This document shows, piece by piece, positions 26,213 to 40,069 of a stretch of DNA of 64,000 nucleotides. The notes under the pieces were generated by a model that did not search any database, was not told the origin of the DNA, and worked only from the letters and a program-made list of their open reading frames with translations. A program made the translations under genes and the position numbers. The first letter of the stretch is position 1, and each line of letters opens with the position of its first letter. The DNA is from Lobosporangium transversale. Lineage: Eukaryota. Where the stretch lies: contig NW_019028992.1 of the NCBI RefSeq assembly GCF_002105155.1, positions 744,001 through 808,000 on the forward strand. The letters run 5' to 3'.

Positions 26213-28250
26213 TTATCGCCCCTCCGCTTGAGTCGACTCACTTTTTCTTTTATTTGATCCGCTGGGATTGCTCAGCTCTCTCTTATTTTCCATAGCTTGA
26301 GCTTTATCGACAATTCTCCTTGATGTCCTCCTTGCCTGTGGTTCTTTGGGCTTGCTTCCTTCTCCCTCATCCTCCATAACTGGAGTCAATTCTGACTTCT
26401 TGAGGGACTCCCTTGCACTTTCAAGGAAGTTCAACAAGCTAATATTGAGTACGTCGTTTCTATTCGTTTGTCTTTGATGACAGGGACTTCTTTGACTTTA
26501 GCTACTGAATAATCACCCTGTTCGTGATAAGACAACATGATAAGGCAACGTGATAAGTAAGGCCTAAACAACAGCAACAAGGATATGCCATTCGAGCAAA
26601 AGCCGAGAGAAGACGGTGATGAGAGGTGTTCTTTGATGCAATTATGGCAAGTTGTATTATGGGCATCCTTAATTCTTGACCTTATCGCCGATTTTTGACT
26701 GTACGGAACCAGGATAATATTTACCCTCCGATTCTAATACAAAGACGATATCTGGTCCAGATGGGTTCTCTTTTGGAAACAAAACAAAAAAAAAAGCGAG
26801 ATTAACTTGGATTCATGTATTGAGTCTTTGTTACAGTGAGTATCTAAGAATTCGTTCATTGTTATAATTCTGGAAGATTGAAATTAAACAAAGCGGGACT
26901 GAAATACTCAAAATGTGTGCCCTTTGTGCCAGACGTAGGGGCGTCTAGCAACACATTATTAACCAATTTAACCAATCAAGGGTCATCCACTTCAAACAAG
27001 TTAATTGCTGCTATAAATGCTATTGGCTCAACGATAGTTGTAAACTCCTTCTTCCTTTGATTAACGACAATTCAAGCAAACGAAACCTCGACCAGAACAG
27101 GCTCATTGTACTCCAATATCAAGTCTTTACTATATAGTAATCTATTCATTCTTTACGGCTCGACCGAAGGTTTCCCTGATGTCGACACTGGTTTTAATTC
27201 CTGCATCCCCTTTGTTAATACGCTTCAGAATTCTAGATTACTCATGGCATAGGTTACCAGATTCTTTATATCCCGGATCAGTGAGCGACCACACCAGGCC
27301 CTTGATTTCTTGCTTCCAAAGGCCTGCATCGGCACGTCCAATGACGTTCTCTATTATTGTGATCATTGGACGGAGACGACCACAGGACCAAGCATATAGC
27401 ATCTCGATTGCCTGGTCATTAAAATGCCCTCTCAGCTTTGATGCAGAAGCTTGAGAAACTTTGTTTCTCCAAATATCGTACAAGTGTTTTGAAGTATGTC
27501 CGGACTTTTGCTTAATTATCCCATCTAGGAAACGATACTGCACTCTTGAACCTCGGGTCATCGAGAACTTCCCGATATTCCTTGAAGCTTTACCAGTTCT
27601 CTTAACCCAAGCAGGATCATAAATACAAAAGCCTATCCCGCAAGGAACTATGCAAATTCGTGGTAAATCCTCTGATAAGCCCTCCAATCCATGAAAGAAT
27701 GCTGATAATATTGGTCGCTTAGTGTCGTCGTTATTAATAAACTGGTATTTAGCCTCCCCTCCCCATATCCTGCGCCTCGTTCAAAACAACCAAAAACCTA
27801 GAGTTGCTTTGATGCCGCTCCGAAAGGACCCTGATTAGATTGTCGAACCAATATTGCAGGAGCTTGTCAAGACAATTAAAGCCAACTCCACCAAGTAATT
27901 CTGCTACTTTTTTGAAGAGCGCTAGGAATAAATCTGTCCTGGATGGAACCGAGTTTCCTCAATGGACTTCTCCAAGGACCTGTGGACACACTTGCAATAG
28001 CATCCATTGGTTAGGCGTCATTCTACCTTCGGACAAGTAAAAAGGGTAAATTGATGAGTATCAAATATAAAACATAAAGGCATTTTTGCTTACGTTCTTC
28101 AAGGGGTATACGAAAACCAAACTGCGATTAACCGTCTATGAACGCAAGACACAGAACTTTTGGTGAGATTATAAACAAGCGTGGATATCCTAGACATCAA
28201 GGACCTTTTCCTCCTAATCTTTCATCCGTCTGGCATGAATTGATGTGAGA
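26213..28250 (-). pseudogene. Decayed CRN-type NTPase + REase gene of a different subtype
   Basis: Broken frames with Walker B-like FLVVLNEAQ, RPILSAFF, GRLRP, EPIAFIAA and REase-like LFPKENPSGPDIVFVL...VQSK; many stops and frameshifts. Confidence 0.6.
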
Positions 28251-29476
28251 GGGGATGATTCTGGCGAGATTGATGCCCTCAACAGCATGTAGCATTAATA
28301 TACCGAGAACTATTAATATACTGACGACACAATCCAATGTTGTATCACATTTTACCGGTCAAGCGCGTGGCAGCCTTGGCCAAATTCTTGATGTTTTTTT
28401 ATTCCATGTCCCTGGACGCCTAGAGATTCAAGACGCGCCGCCTTCACATACTGACACTGAATTGGCCGAACATACAACTAATATGATCTCATTGGCCACA
28501 GGTTGCCATCCTGTGCACGCGCACCATGGGACATTTATGTCTTTAGAGTGGAGCTGTCATCCTACAGTGGCACGCATCTAGTCACAGATTTTTTTTAGAA
28601 AAAAAAAAGGTTGAGCGGGAGGCCAGTTAACATCCCAATAACCAATCAAAAATAAAAAACAACGCTATTACCCTATTCATTTGCCATTTCCCTTTGATAA
28701 GGCAGAGCGGACTATTATTGTAAATAGTAACAATCAAAGGTGATCTTAGGTGGAATCGAAGGTCAAAGGATACTTTATTTAGCTATAACGTAGTGGACTA
28801 TTTATACTGATAATTGATAGGGTTGGGGCTTGGCGTCTTGGCGCCTGGGGTGCGCGTGATAGTTGAGCCCTCCTCAAAGGTTTGAGTTCAGTATTGTATA
28901 ACACGTTTGCAATTATTCCATATATTTTTTCAGCAAATTCTGAAGTGACATCTGTGACGTTTGCTCGGCTTCAACAAATTTGTGCTGTGCTTTTTTTTGT
29001 CGAGCATCTCGCAACGGTCTCTATCTTTATTCATGTCGACCATTATACATAGTTTGTATAATATTATTTATGCAGTATACAGACAGACATAGCGATACGA
29101 TGCTAAAGACCCCTCTTTTTTTGTCCTATTGAACATCAATTCTATATTACTTAGTAAGTTTATATTAATTAGGTTAAAACATTGCAATTTAAAAGGAGAA
29201 TAAAGACTTTTCTGAAGGTGCAGAGAGGAGATGATGATTGACCCTTAGAAGAGAGAACCATCGATGTACACCAAAATGGATGCCATTAGCACATAATAAA
29301 CAATGTGACTGCGGTGATTCAAAATTCGGACTAATTAAGGTTTATTCCTGACTAGATGCGGGCCACTATAGCTCCCGGTAAACGTTTTGGCGCCCTGGAT
29401 GATGATAATTGATAGGTCTTTCGCAAGTGGCAAGCATCCAGATGACAAAGCATATGAGAAAGGATAATTTCCTATG

Positions 29477-32400
29477 CCAGCTGTCCTGGTGATAATAATA
29501 TGGTTTTGGGTCTCATCATCAGACTCTCACTGGGTTCTCCACAGGATTCTTCATCTCTATCCGTTTTTACAAAACTCTTTGATAATAGTATCACAAAATC
29601 CTGCCCTTTCTTGCACACAAGATCGCATAATGATCACAACTTTATAAAGTTCTATATGCCCCAGTAGAAGGGAGGACGGATTAAACCGCTCTATCTATTC
29701 GTCTAAAAGGTAAGTGGATAATGATGGCTTCATTCATAAAGAATGAACCATTGTAAAAAATTCTCAAGGAACGGGTATAATGCTTTTTTTAAAAAAGACA
29801 AAATTTCATCCACTTGATTGGTATTCGATTTAATTCTTCAGATTCGTACCGGCTGCTCCTCCTGAATATGCAGCTTCGATGTCGATTTTTATGACACGCT
29901 GTCTTACATGTTTTAAGCATACATATGGATTCTTGACGACCGTATCTTTGGAGGTAAGAAAGTTCTGAACTTTAAAATTATCATATATGTTTCCTGGCAC
30001 CGCAAAATAGAGGAAAATGGTATCGTCACTTCCCTTCGACTTTGATTGGTCTCCCTTCAAGCAGGGTCCAGTAATATATTCAATTATCTCCTTGAATGGT
30101 GCTTGCTTGATCGGATGCTTCTCTGATACTGTGACCTGAAATAGCTTGTTGGGCCCCAATGCAAAATCAATGCACGGAAAGGTGGTTATAGATGGTACAA
30201 ACAACTTGTCAGCTGCTTGAGTGAGCCCTGATAATTCATTTGAAGTCCGGATATGCACCACTTCTGGGTTTGCTGGAAAATCAAGAAATCCTGTTTCGCC
30301 TGACTGAAGATCCCTAAAGGGAAATCTAATATCACCACGTCGAAATAAGTGATGAGCATAGACTTCAAACAGTGGGCCTTTATCTATATCCTCTCCGCGT
30401 TTGACAAGTTTCGCCAACACATCGCGCCAAGTGTCATCTTTCATTTCCTCGATAATCCGTGATTCGACCCAACGAGATGCCCATACCAGGTGGAAGCCGA
30501 GGTGGTCAGAAGTGGGAACTCTATGGAGTAAACGACCACTAAATTCACTCGCTTCTTTTCCTCGTGCAAAGAGCGCTACAAGATCTGCTGGGTTCCTGAC
30601 TGCGTTAATGGCAGCATTGACGCGGGAAAACGCAGCGTCTTTAGCGCGGTTAATATCTTTTTGCTTTTCAGATAGTACATCGACTGGACACTGTAGAACC
30701 TGTCTTGGCACTCCCCCCAACTTGTAAAAAAGCTCCTCCAAAAATTCTTCATCCATTGGATGATAATCCTCTACATTGGCTCTACATTCCTTAAGCTCGT
30801 CCAAACTCCAGAGTGACATGTGATAGTAGCTAATTGGTGTAGTTTCCTTGCTGAGTTCAGCGTACTGCTCATTGAGAGTTTTTGGTGATGCCGCAAATAT
30901 CGTCCTGGCTTGATCTGGTTGAGGATGGTTACCACTGTCAACTAAATACCACGTTTCAGGTTGCTCAAGAAAATGTTTGAAATCTACTCTCTCCCCATAA
31001 CGTTGGCAAGTTGTTCCTCCGTAGGCATAACATTCGGTATTCTTCTTTTCATGGAAAACAATAATCGGTGGATTCTCTTCGTCATGCTCTGCAAGGAGGC
31101 GGACGGCAAAGTAGACCAAAAAGGCTGACTTCCCAATTCCAGGCGTTCCAGTGACAAAGTATCGGTTCTTGCGCCATCTTGTACGAGGAGTCTTGATTAA
31201 GGTTGTAATATGGTCATAAAGCTTTTTATATTCTTCTCTGATATAAAGATGCCTTGTTCCGACAACAGGGAAGACACGACCCTCAGGGGCAGTCAATATT
31301 TTGGAACCCTTGATACCACCAGAATTTCGGAGCTCGCAAGCCACGCTAACAATGCTGTAGTAAATACTATCTCCTGAAAACTCCTCCCCCATGTACGAAA
31401 GCAGCTTGACCCTCTCTTTCGAGTTGAGAGGCGAGAGGACAGGCCTACCATTCACTATCCCTTTCGTTACAAGCCCCGCTTCTGTAATCGCATCCCTAAG
31501 AGTACCTCTGCTACTTATACTTGGACGAGCTTTTTTAGAGGGTGACTCTGATAAAGGAGATAGAGTGATCAAAGTCAATATTTTTGATTTATTGCACTGC
31601 ACATCACTCTGAATTGATCAATAACCAGGTTCTCAGCCAAAAGCACTCACCAGCATCTCCATCTTGTTTTCTTTTCTGAGCTAAGTATCAAAGGCGAATA
31701 ATTAGAAAGAACGTTGAGTTATCAAGACACAAACCAAATGGTGATATTATGCACATGGCCGTTTAAGATATAAACCAAGCTTCATCAGCTGAAAATATCA
31801 ACAATCAGTCCATCAAGAGCTAATACATACCTCGCTGCGGTGGCTTGACAAAAACATGGATCGTTTTCCTTGGAAGTTCAGAATTAAATATCTCCCAAAG
31901 CTCCATTGACGCGGGTGCGAGAGCCTCTTTTGACTCGATTTCTGACTCGACGACGGTCTTGTCTTCGTCAGGGATGGAGACCTTGTAGAGGGTGAGTTGG
32001 TGAGCGTCGATATTATTCAATGCATTGGCATTCTTTGCTTTGATGACCTCCTTGAGTATCCCGACCGATTTAGCGGAGGAAATCTCTACTGGGAACGACG
32101 TTGCTTCTCCCTCAACAACGCAGTTCAGCTGCAGCAGCAGTGGGATGGCGCGCTTTTTTCGTTGTGGGTGCTGGTTTACTCTTTTTCGTTTATTGAGTGT
32201 GGAGGCATCCTCAGGCTTATTTGCAGCCATGTTTTTTTGTGCTTGGCTCCTTGTGGTGGCCATTGAAAATTAAGATGAGTGGGACTGAGTGTGGTTGAAA
32301 TGCAGGGAGAATGATGGTTAAATTGGCAAAGGTATATTCTATACTCTTTCACACTCGTGGTCGCTGTATGAAAACAAAAATGAAAAATGCGTAAGGCAAA

Positions 32401-33242
32401 AAAAAAAAGGAAAGGAAAGGAAAGGAAAGGCAATAGATGAAGGCTTGGAATAAATAAAAGAGCAAAATTGATGGGAGCAAAACTGGGGTGAAATATGAAA
32501 AAAGTGAAAAAAAAGGGTAAAGGAAGAGGGAGAGTGCAAAAATGAAGTGAAGCAAAGGAGAAGAAAGGAGCGACAATTGCTATTGATAAATTTGATCCTT
32601 TATTTCAAGGTTAGGCTATGTGTGAGAAAATATATTTTTCAAATCAGCCACGTGCCATTTTCTTGGTCATTGTGACGTGAAAACCAATCACATCTTTTAG
32701 TGCGCGAAGAACTCCCTCAGATAAACGTTTGTTCACACTCTACTTGCTCATTCCTCTGCTTACAACTGCTCCTCAGGAGGACTGGAATGATCATTGGAGG
32801 GGGCATTTGAAAAGGATTATAAAATTGAATGTGCCAGATGTCAACTGATCTCTTTTTCCGCTTTTACTATAATATAACTTTGATTACAGTTTATGATTGC
32901 CTTAAAAGCTTCTATTCTAATTAAGCCCCTGAGAATGGTGCAGGACTGTTGTTCACTGAAAGTTAAGTGGACTACTATTAAAGACAATCGTTAACATAAA
33001 ATATGTGCGGTGTTATATGGGATTCCTGCATAAAATGGCTGTTTATTATCATTGCTTGTGCAGCAGAGGCAATATACCCTGTCAATATTTGTTCATTCCT
33101 CATATAGGCCATTCAGCTTTTTGAAGGAATATTGACACATTCTCTTGAGTTGATCATGCTATTAAGATGTTGTCTCTGTGCACCATACAACCCTTTATTA
33201 GCTCATCACATACTCCTTGAAGATCCAAAAAACTCCCAAGCT
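29477..33242. repeat. Segmental duplication unit A (~3.77 kb), inverted and circularly permuted relative to 59755-63549
   Basis: Reverse complement of 33060-29477 matches 59755-63379; reverse complement of ~33242-33067 matches ~63374-63549. Confidence 0.92.
29830..32263 (-). CDS. Crinkler (CRN) family protein copy A: ubiquitin-like header, P-loop NTPase, REase; 3 exons
   Basis: Header LNCVVEGEATSFPVEI...LTLYKVSIP...TIHVFVKPP; Walker A GTPGIGKS; Walker B WYLVD; REase FPCIDF...LFQVTVSEKHPI. Confidence 0.92.
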
Positions 33243-33460
33243 TCATGCCGAAGTTGTCCATTGTACGTTAATAAAAAAAAAAATAAAAAGAAAGAGCTTG
33301 GCAATGCAAGCCACACTTGTGCATGATAGAAGTCGCCAACTATCTAGGCTCGTCACCAGCCTGAGGACGAAGTTCATGTGCACATGCACAGGCTGGGACC
33401 AAACTTGACATTTTGGCTGGAGGTCTCTTCACCGCCAGGAAAAGGCTTAAAAAAAAAAAA

Positions 33461-33532
33461 AAGCTATTCCCTGTGGCGCAAATGACTTAGAAAAAAAAGT
33501 TTGAAAGCTATTCCCTGTGGTGCAAATGACTT
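33461..33532 (+). promoter_or_regulatory. 28-bp direct repeat pair upstream of a TATA-like box (~33551)
   Basis: AAGCTATTCCCTGTGG(C/T)GCAAATGACTT occurs twice, followed by TATAAAG; regulatory role is inferred. Confidence 0.45.
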
Positions 33533-33897
33533 GACAGAATTTTTTCAAATTTATAAAGAGACCCCTGTGACGAGCCTAATGAAGACAAAGTGTATGTCTC
33601 CGTAATTTCTCTTTTTGTTTATCTTCATCTTTCATTGTCATCTGGATTCGCATCAATTCCTTTCGCATTTCTTATACATTTACAGTCCTAGCCGATTTTA
33701 CTTTCCAGGCAAAGGTATCGTTCTACTTTTTTCAGGATCATTGAATTTATATAGGATGCTATAGCATGATCATTGTCATTCATGCCTTGCACGCATTAAT
33801 TATCTCTGTTACTACCAGTTTTTTTTTTTTTTTTTTTTTTCTACCCAGTTTTGTAAAACTTCTAGATTCATTGTACAAGATGCTTTAGCATCAGAGT

Positions 33898-34554
33898 TCA
33901 TTTTTAAAGGGCCCATTGTGCAGGATTGGTAGAAGCCGTCAGACCGCCGGGGAAACGGTGCTTTACTTTAAGCGCGCTTTTCCAGCTGCCTCTCGTTTCG
34001 TTAATCTGTAAGGGCGAGAGGCAGCCATGTCGCTCTTGGCCGCTTTGATAGGGTGTCTCCTTGTCTGTCAGCCAAAACAGAGGCTTCCTGACAAGAGGTG
34101 ATGTCCTGCCGTCCAAGGTCATTTTTAAAAAGGCTCATTGTGCAGGATTGGTAGAAGCCGTCAGACCGCCGGGGAAACGGTGCTTTACTTTAAGCGCGCT
34201 TTTCCAGCTGCCTCTCGTTTCGTTAATCTGTAAGGGCGAGAGGCAGCCATGTCGCTCTTGGCCGCTTTGATAGGGTGTCTCCTTGTCTGTCAGCCAAAAC
34301 AGAGGCTTCCTGACAAGAGGTGATGTCCTGCCGTCCAAGGTCATTTTTAAAAAGGCTCATTGTGCAGGATTGGTAGAAGCCGTCAGACCGCCGGGGAAAC
34401 GGTGCTTTACTTTAAGCGCGCTTTTCCAGCTGCCTCTCGTTTCGTTAATCTGTAAGGGCGAGAGGCAGCCATGTCGCTCTTGGCCGCTTTGATAGGGTGT
34501 CTCCTTGTCTGTCAGCCAAAACAGAGGCTTCCTGACAAGAGGTGATGTCCTGCC
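33898..34554. repeat. Tandem array of a 222-bp highly self-complementary unit, ~3 near-identical copies
   Basis: Units start near 33900, 34121 and 34343; copies 2 and 3 look identical, copy 1 differs at its start, copy 3 ends at TCCTGCC. Confidence 0.95.
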
Positions 34555-34678
34555 AATCTGGATCTATCAGTCTCCATCATTGTTCTCTTTCTGTCTTTTT
34601 TTTTTTTTTGAGGGGGTAATATTTCTATTGACTTATAATTTATGAAAACATTATTAATCTAGAAATTCTGCTAATAAG

Positions 34679-37554
34679 ATGTTGAAAGGCAAAGTGCCGC
34701 GATGGCGGGTTGAAGCACAGAGCCTACCTTATTCTCAATATTTTCTCGCCGAAAAGAAGCCACAAGACTTCGACCATGTTAAGTTCCTGACTTGGTTGCA
34801 GCCATCTAGCCTAGAGCGTAGGGAGCTTACAAGTGAATGGCTAGACAAAGTGATCCCAGCACTCCAAAGCTGTTCTTATAAAGAGTTACAGGATTCAGGC
34901 AACCGTCTCAAAAGAGAATGGAATTCGAAAATTGCTAGTAGAGGTATTTTCTGGTCTAATCTCGCCGAGTCTGAGAAACGGGAGCAGGAGAAAAAAGAAA
35001 GAATGGCCAGGCTCAAAGCTGGTGGGGAGGAGCGATTACAAGCTGCCGAAAAATTCATTATTGATGAGACAAAAAAGGATTTCAGTAAAGAAGTCGAAGA
35101 AAGTTATAATTACGATTGTAATGGTGTTTGGCGTTGTGTTCTGATGCTAATGTATTTGTCGCTTGTGCATAATAGAGGATGCCACAAATGAACTAGCTTC
35201 AACTTCATCATTGGCAGCAAAATCCTCACTCAATATACAAGGTAAATGGCTAGTTATCTTGAGGAAATAATAAGTTGCATTCAAGCAGACTAACTATTAT
35301 TATTGTCATTATTATTATTACTATTATTATTCTTAGATACCCTCTTATCCTCATCAACAGGATCATCAAATATGCCAAGTACATCATATACCGCCTCAAC
35401 TGAATATACCATCCAACAAAGAAGTAAAGCACAAGAATCATCTTCTATATCTCAGCCACAACTTGAGGTACTATGGGCTTTAGAAACATTAGTAGATTGA
35501 AAATCCTGGATCATAAGTTTACATCCTGTCTTCATTTGTGCATAGAAAAACAATCGACTTTTAAGCACCACATTACGCCATTCAACAAAAACATCCAATA
35601 GTAAGTAGTGAGGGGTATTTGATATTTTTGTAGTCAAAGGATTGAATAATCAAATTAAAATATGTTTCCTTTCACATCTCTACCATCAGGCTCCACAAAT
35701 AAGAAAAAAAAGGATGCATATGCCACTGAGGAACCATGGCATTCGCTAACCATGGCACTGGCTAAGATTGTAAGATCTGATATATTGAAAATGTCTTAAA
35801 TTAAGATACTATTACAAATTAATACAATATTCCATCAACTGCGATCAGGTGAACTGCGAGAAGGGAGTTCGATTTCCACAAAAACCAACATTTATGACTC
35901 CAGTACATTCCGAGTTATTTCAGCATGCTGTTAACATGCTTACGGAGTATCAAGCCCAGGATGACCAGCAAAAAGACATTACACTGGTGAAAGATGCTCA
36001 GTATGTGCAATATTTATTTAGTTTGTAACTTTGCAGGTCAGCCATCATTGATTCTGTATTTACTGAAAAAAAATAAATGTATCATATCACAATAGGGTTG
36101 CAATGAGCTGTGTGTTTAATACATTGTCAGAGAGAGCATGCGACCACTTCAGTGTTTATGAGGATGGATCTACTGTAGCGGATGCTGTGGAACAGAGTCT
36201 TATTAATGGATTTACCCAACATCCTTGCAAAGATATCCTTTTAAAATACATTCCAATTCTTGAAGAAATGAATGTTGAGGGATTTCAAAGAAAACTTAAA
36301 AAAGACTTAGGTTCACTGCAAGAAAAGTATACTGACCCACCATTGCCATCTGTGATAATAGAAGATAAAACGCTGGAGATTTTAATTTTGCTGTAAATAT
36401 TAAATATTGTCGTGTATTCGCAATGTTATACGTGATGCTGATCTGTGATCTGTGAGTTAACAATTGACATTTTCCTAAAATAGTTGCAAATCTATCATTC
36501 GCCCCCACTTTGGCACTGCTTCTCCATCAGAGATGGATTGCTTACATCTTTGGGTTTCAGTATTTTCAGCCATAGCAGATCAAGTCACCCTCCATACGTA
36601 CGAGACAAGTAATAGCTGATAGATATATTAACTTTTTTAAGAAACTAACTCATTCAATCTTAATGGTGAATTTTAGAGGGGAGAAAGCCCTCGAAGCCTC
36701 AAAGTCGATGCGACGAATGCAATCTTCCGAGTATGGGGATGTGAGTGATACAGGACGGAAGGTCGATTGCATCTTTATGTATAAAGGCATTGAGTTGTCA
36801 AACATAGAGTTTAAATGTCCCAATATATGCCCCCAGGATATTGCAATTCAGAATCGAAAGAATGTCCGGCTAGCAAGGTGTATTCAAGAAGCACATCTGG
36901 CGATAGGCGTCTCATCCCCATCAATTCTAATGGCTGATGTTTCTGGTATGATATTTGAAATAATGAATATTTCACTCAGTAGGCCACTAATAGCCTTATT
37001 AACATGGTGTTCCTATATCAGGGTTTGGAGGTATATTTTATCAAGTTCAGCCAATGGGCAACATTGCAATTGCTGGGATGACTACTCCCGAGGCAGTCCA
37101 ACTACCTAAGAACAAAGTTGAGCTTCTAATGTTTCTTGAAGACAACTCATTGCCAATAATATGGAATTATATTGTAAGTGAGATGTTCTTATGCTCCTAT
37201 GTCCTAGTTTTCATTGGTTATTCTAATGATCCGACTACTGATGCAAAACAATCAAAGGAGCACCTGGAAAAACAAGCCCTCAATGTATTGGCAGCGAAAC
37301 AGCGGACGGATGCAATACAAAAGAGAGAGAGGTTTACAACAAGCATCATAAGACCAAAAGCCATGCCATCACAACTACCATTAAATAGATCGTTTACGAG
37401 TAATGTCACATTCTCACCGACCAAAAAGAGGTCTACATTAGAGAGACCTACTTTAAATTTGGAAGAGTCAATCTCTCCTACAAGGAATGTTCGACGGTGG
37501 GCCCAGAACGACCCAGCTGATGGTGGCAAGAGTAATGCTGATGAGGATACATAG
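34679..37554 (+). CDS. Multi-exon protein with a C-terminal PD-(D/E)xK (REase-fold) nuclease-like domain
   Basis: The exons checked splice in frame (LCKSIIRPHF...SEMDCLHLWVSVF...LHTGEKALEASK); motif GRKVDCIF...ELSNIEFK...QNRKNVRL fits D...ExK. Confidence 0.7.
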
Positions 37555-38186
37555 AGAGTATCTTAGGGTTAATGTCTTTTTTACTATCTTGCTCTTGAAA
37601 AAAAAAAAAAAATACAAAACCCTTTTTTTTTATGGCCTTTTATTTGAATCCGCCCTGTGCAGACATTTACCCTGACTTGACGCTCCCGGCCTGATGCCCC
37701 CGGCTGAATACTATATCGACATTCAGTTTACCAAAAAACCATGATGAAATTACAAATAATGACATGCACCTAAATCTTCTCTGCTAGTAAGTCTTGCATA
37801 CCCTTCAATGTTGTTGTGGACGGCTGCTAGTGATTCCCTTGGAAGTGCCAGAAAAGTGATAGATGGTTGATAATTACGGCCAGAAGTATCGTAGATTTGA
37901 TCAACAAATAGCGACCTTATGAAGATGCGCTTAATAGATCTGAAAGACAGCTAAAACAATGGCTGCAAATGGCCATCTAAATGAAAGAAGGATCTTCAAT
38001 AAGTGTTGCTTACTACGTTGCTAAGTACTGAGAACTGATGATACAGAAGGTAAATGAATTCAGCTGCAAAATGGCCATCTAAGTAAAAGAAAGATGGGTA
38101 CCATTTTCCAATAAAGCAAAACTAAATAGATAAGGGAGGCCATTTACGACAATGTACACTTTCATTTTTGCCTACTGTATACTACA

Positions 38187-39560
38187 TAGCGCAGCTCCTT
38201 CCACAAGGCCATATGCCCTTCGCACTCTTCGAACGCCTGTGCGGTGACCCCTTCCCTCTCTTCAGCTCTCATCTCATTCAACTTGCGCAGTAAAGCTGGC
38301 GTGATAAAGCTCTCGAGGGGGGGACATTAAGTTGAACTCTGTGTGCTTGTCCGAACGTTCGATGCGCGAAGAGGCAGTGATGTATTGAACATCAAAGCCC
38401 TCGTACTGCGAAAGTGCTGCAGACTGTATTCCATTTTTGACCTTGGAATCCTATGTCCTGAAAGTCCTGATCAATGGTTCACTGCAATTTGTAGATGAGG
38501 AAATCAATCTGCAAAAGGTGCTTCCTTACCAGCGCATGTGTCTTCAAAGTCTTGTACCAAGGCTCTAGAAGGTTGTTTGTGCCTACGTGGTAGTCCTATC
38601 AAGTGAATTAGAATGTCGGAAATTGAGATTCATCAAAGACATTTAATACCGCGGTTAATTGGTGCTTTATTTTACCTCTCTCACGAAAAGTACCCCACCT
38701 TAGTCTTTTCTCTTTCGCGATCTGGTTCTTTCCCATATAGTTAAAGAAGGGTTTTGCTCTGACATCGCTAAAATCATAAATTAGTCCTTGATACCTCTTC
38801 AGATGCCATTAACTCTTTCGTCAGATCCTGCAAGTAAATCCCTCATACGCAACTAGTGTCGCTCCTAAGCAGTATGAAGTTGCATTAAAATGCTATCGCC
38901 AAGATATCTTGAAGGAGCAGCAACATGGTATACCTTACCTTGAATACATCCCTTATGCGATCTTCCCCTAACCCTTGCACATGGGAGTGACAGAAATAAA
39001 TTGATGCGGAGGAAATACCTCCTGAACGGCTTCGCTTTATGTCACGGAATAGTCCACCACGATTTCAGTTTGATAAATACCGACTTCACATTGTCGCTCG
39101 ACTATGCCCAAACTTACGATGGTTCTGAGCTGCAGAGTAAATGTGCAGCTGGGATGTCTTTTCTTAAAACCCAGTCCTTGACAAGGATCGTAAACAGGTA
39201 GGCTGAGGAGCCACTATCCTTTTCGCCCTTGCACTTACTATTCTTTTTGCCCTTACATTTTTCATCCCTCAGGGACATAGCACCCCTCCGTGTGGAGCCC
39301 ATAAGGCCTTGATGGTTCTTAGTCCCTTGTTGGATAGAGCGCCTCGAGTTTCCTCTCATCGTACGCCTCCATTAGCCAGTCTAAGAATAGCCCTGCGTTC
39401 GACACCGTGTGAAACCTGTTCAATATCCCCAGAGTTAATGCATGGACTATTGTTTGTGCGGACTTGATTAGCCTGAAAGGCGCGACCGAGAGCAGGATCA
39501 GAGACAGTCATGTTTTTTCTAAAGAATCTACTGGGCGAGAGCTTTGAAGGCGAGAGCATT
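38187..39560 (-). pseudogene. Decayed multi-exon gene of unknown family
   Basis: Coding-like segments with splice-like sites interrupted by stops; no recognised motif. Confidence 0.3.
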
Positions 39561-40069
39561 TTGTGTTTTGTGCTTCAGTTCTCCATAACCTGTTGAAGAC
39601 AGAAACGAGGATGGGTAAATAAAATTAATGTCAGAGGGACTATATTGTGGATTTGAGTGATTCTTACGTTCAACTGGGACTTCGTACACGAGGCAGTCAG
39701 GTAGTTTTGAAAGTTGCTGACGTGGATCCGCAACACGTCAGACTTCCATGCAAGTTCTCGCGACTCATGAAAGCTTACTGCAATGTTTTAACCTAAACTT
39801 ATTATTTTGGGGCAAAAGTTCAATAGGACAAAGAGAGGGGGCTTTATTTTCACGACAGGCTTATATATGTTTATACATATAATAGTTATCATCTGCGCCA
39901 CGTGAGTAGTATTCCAAGTCATCGTATTCACTATGTCTATCAATGCTACAGGGACTGGCCTCAATTCATGAGTAATTAAAAAAGGAATAAGAGTATAGAT
40001 AGAAGGATGGATTCTTTGTCCTTTTTTAATCCAATTAGCCAGCTTTTAGAGCCATAGCATGGACATTGA

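Noticed and set aside
33721..33760. Resemblance to the U3 snoRNA 5' end (TACTT...AGGATCATT...ATAGG)
   Set aside because: No downstream B/C/D boxes in the expected arrangement.
33898..34554. 222-bp array as CRISPR, hammerhead/HDV ribozyme, RNase P/MRP or coding repeats
   Set aside because: No unique spacers; GAAAC and GTC occur but there is no properly placed CUGANGA core; HDV P2 and RNase P conserved regions do not fit; the 69-aa ORFs merely follow the repeat.
37962..38097. Imperfect ~30-bp direct repeat GCTGCAAA(A)TGGCCATCTAA
   Set aside because: Two degenerate copies only, with no element structure to support a call.
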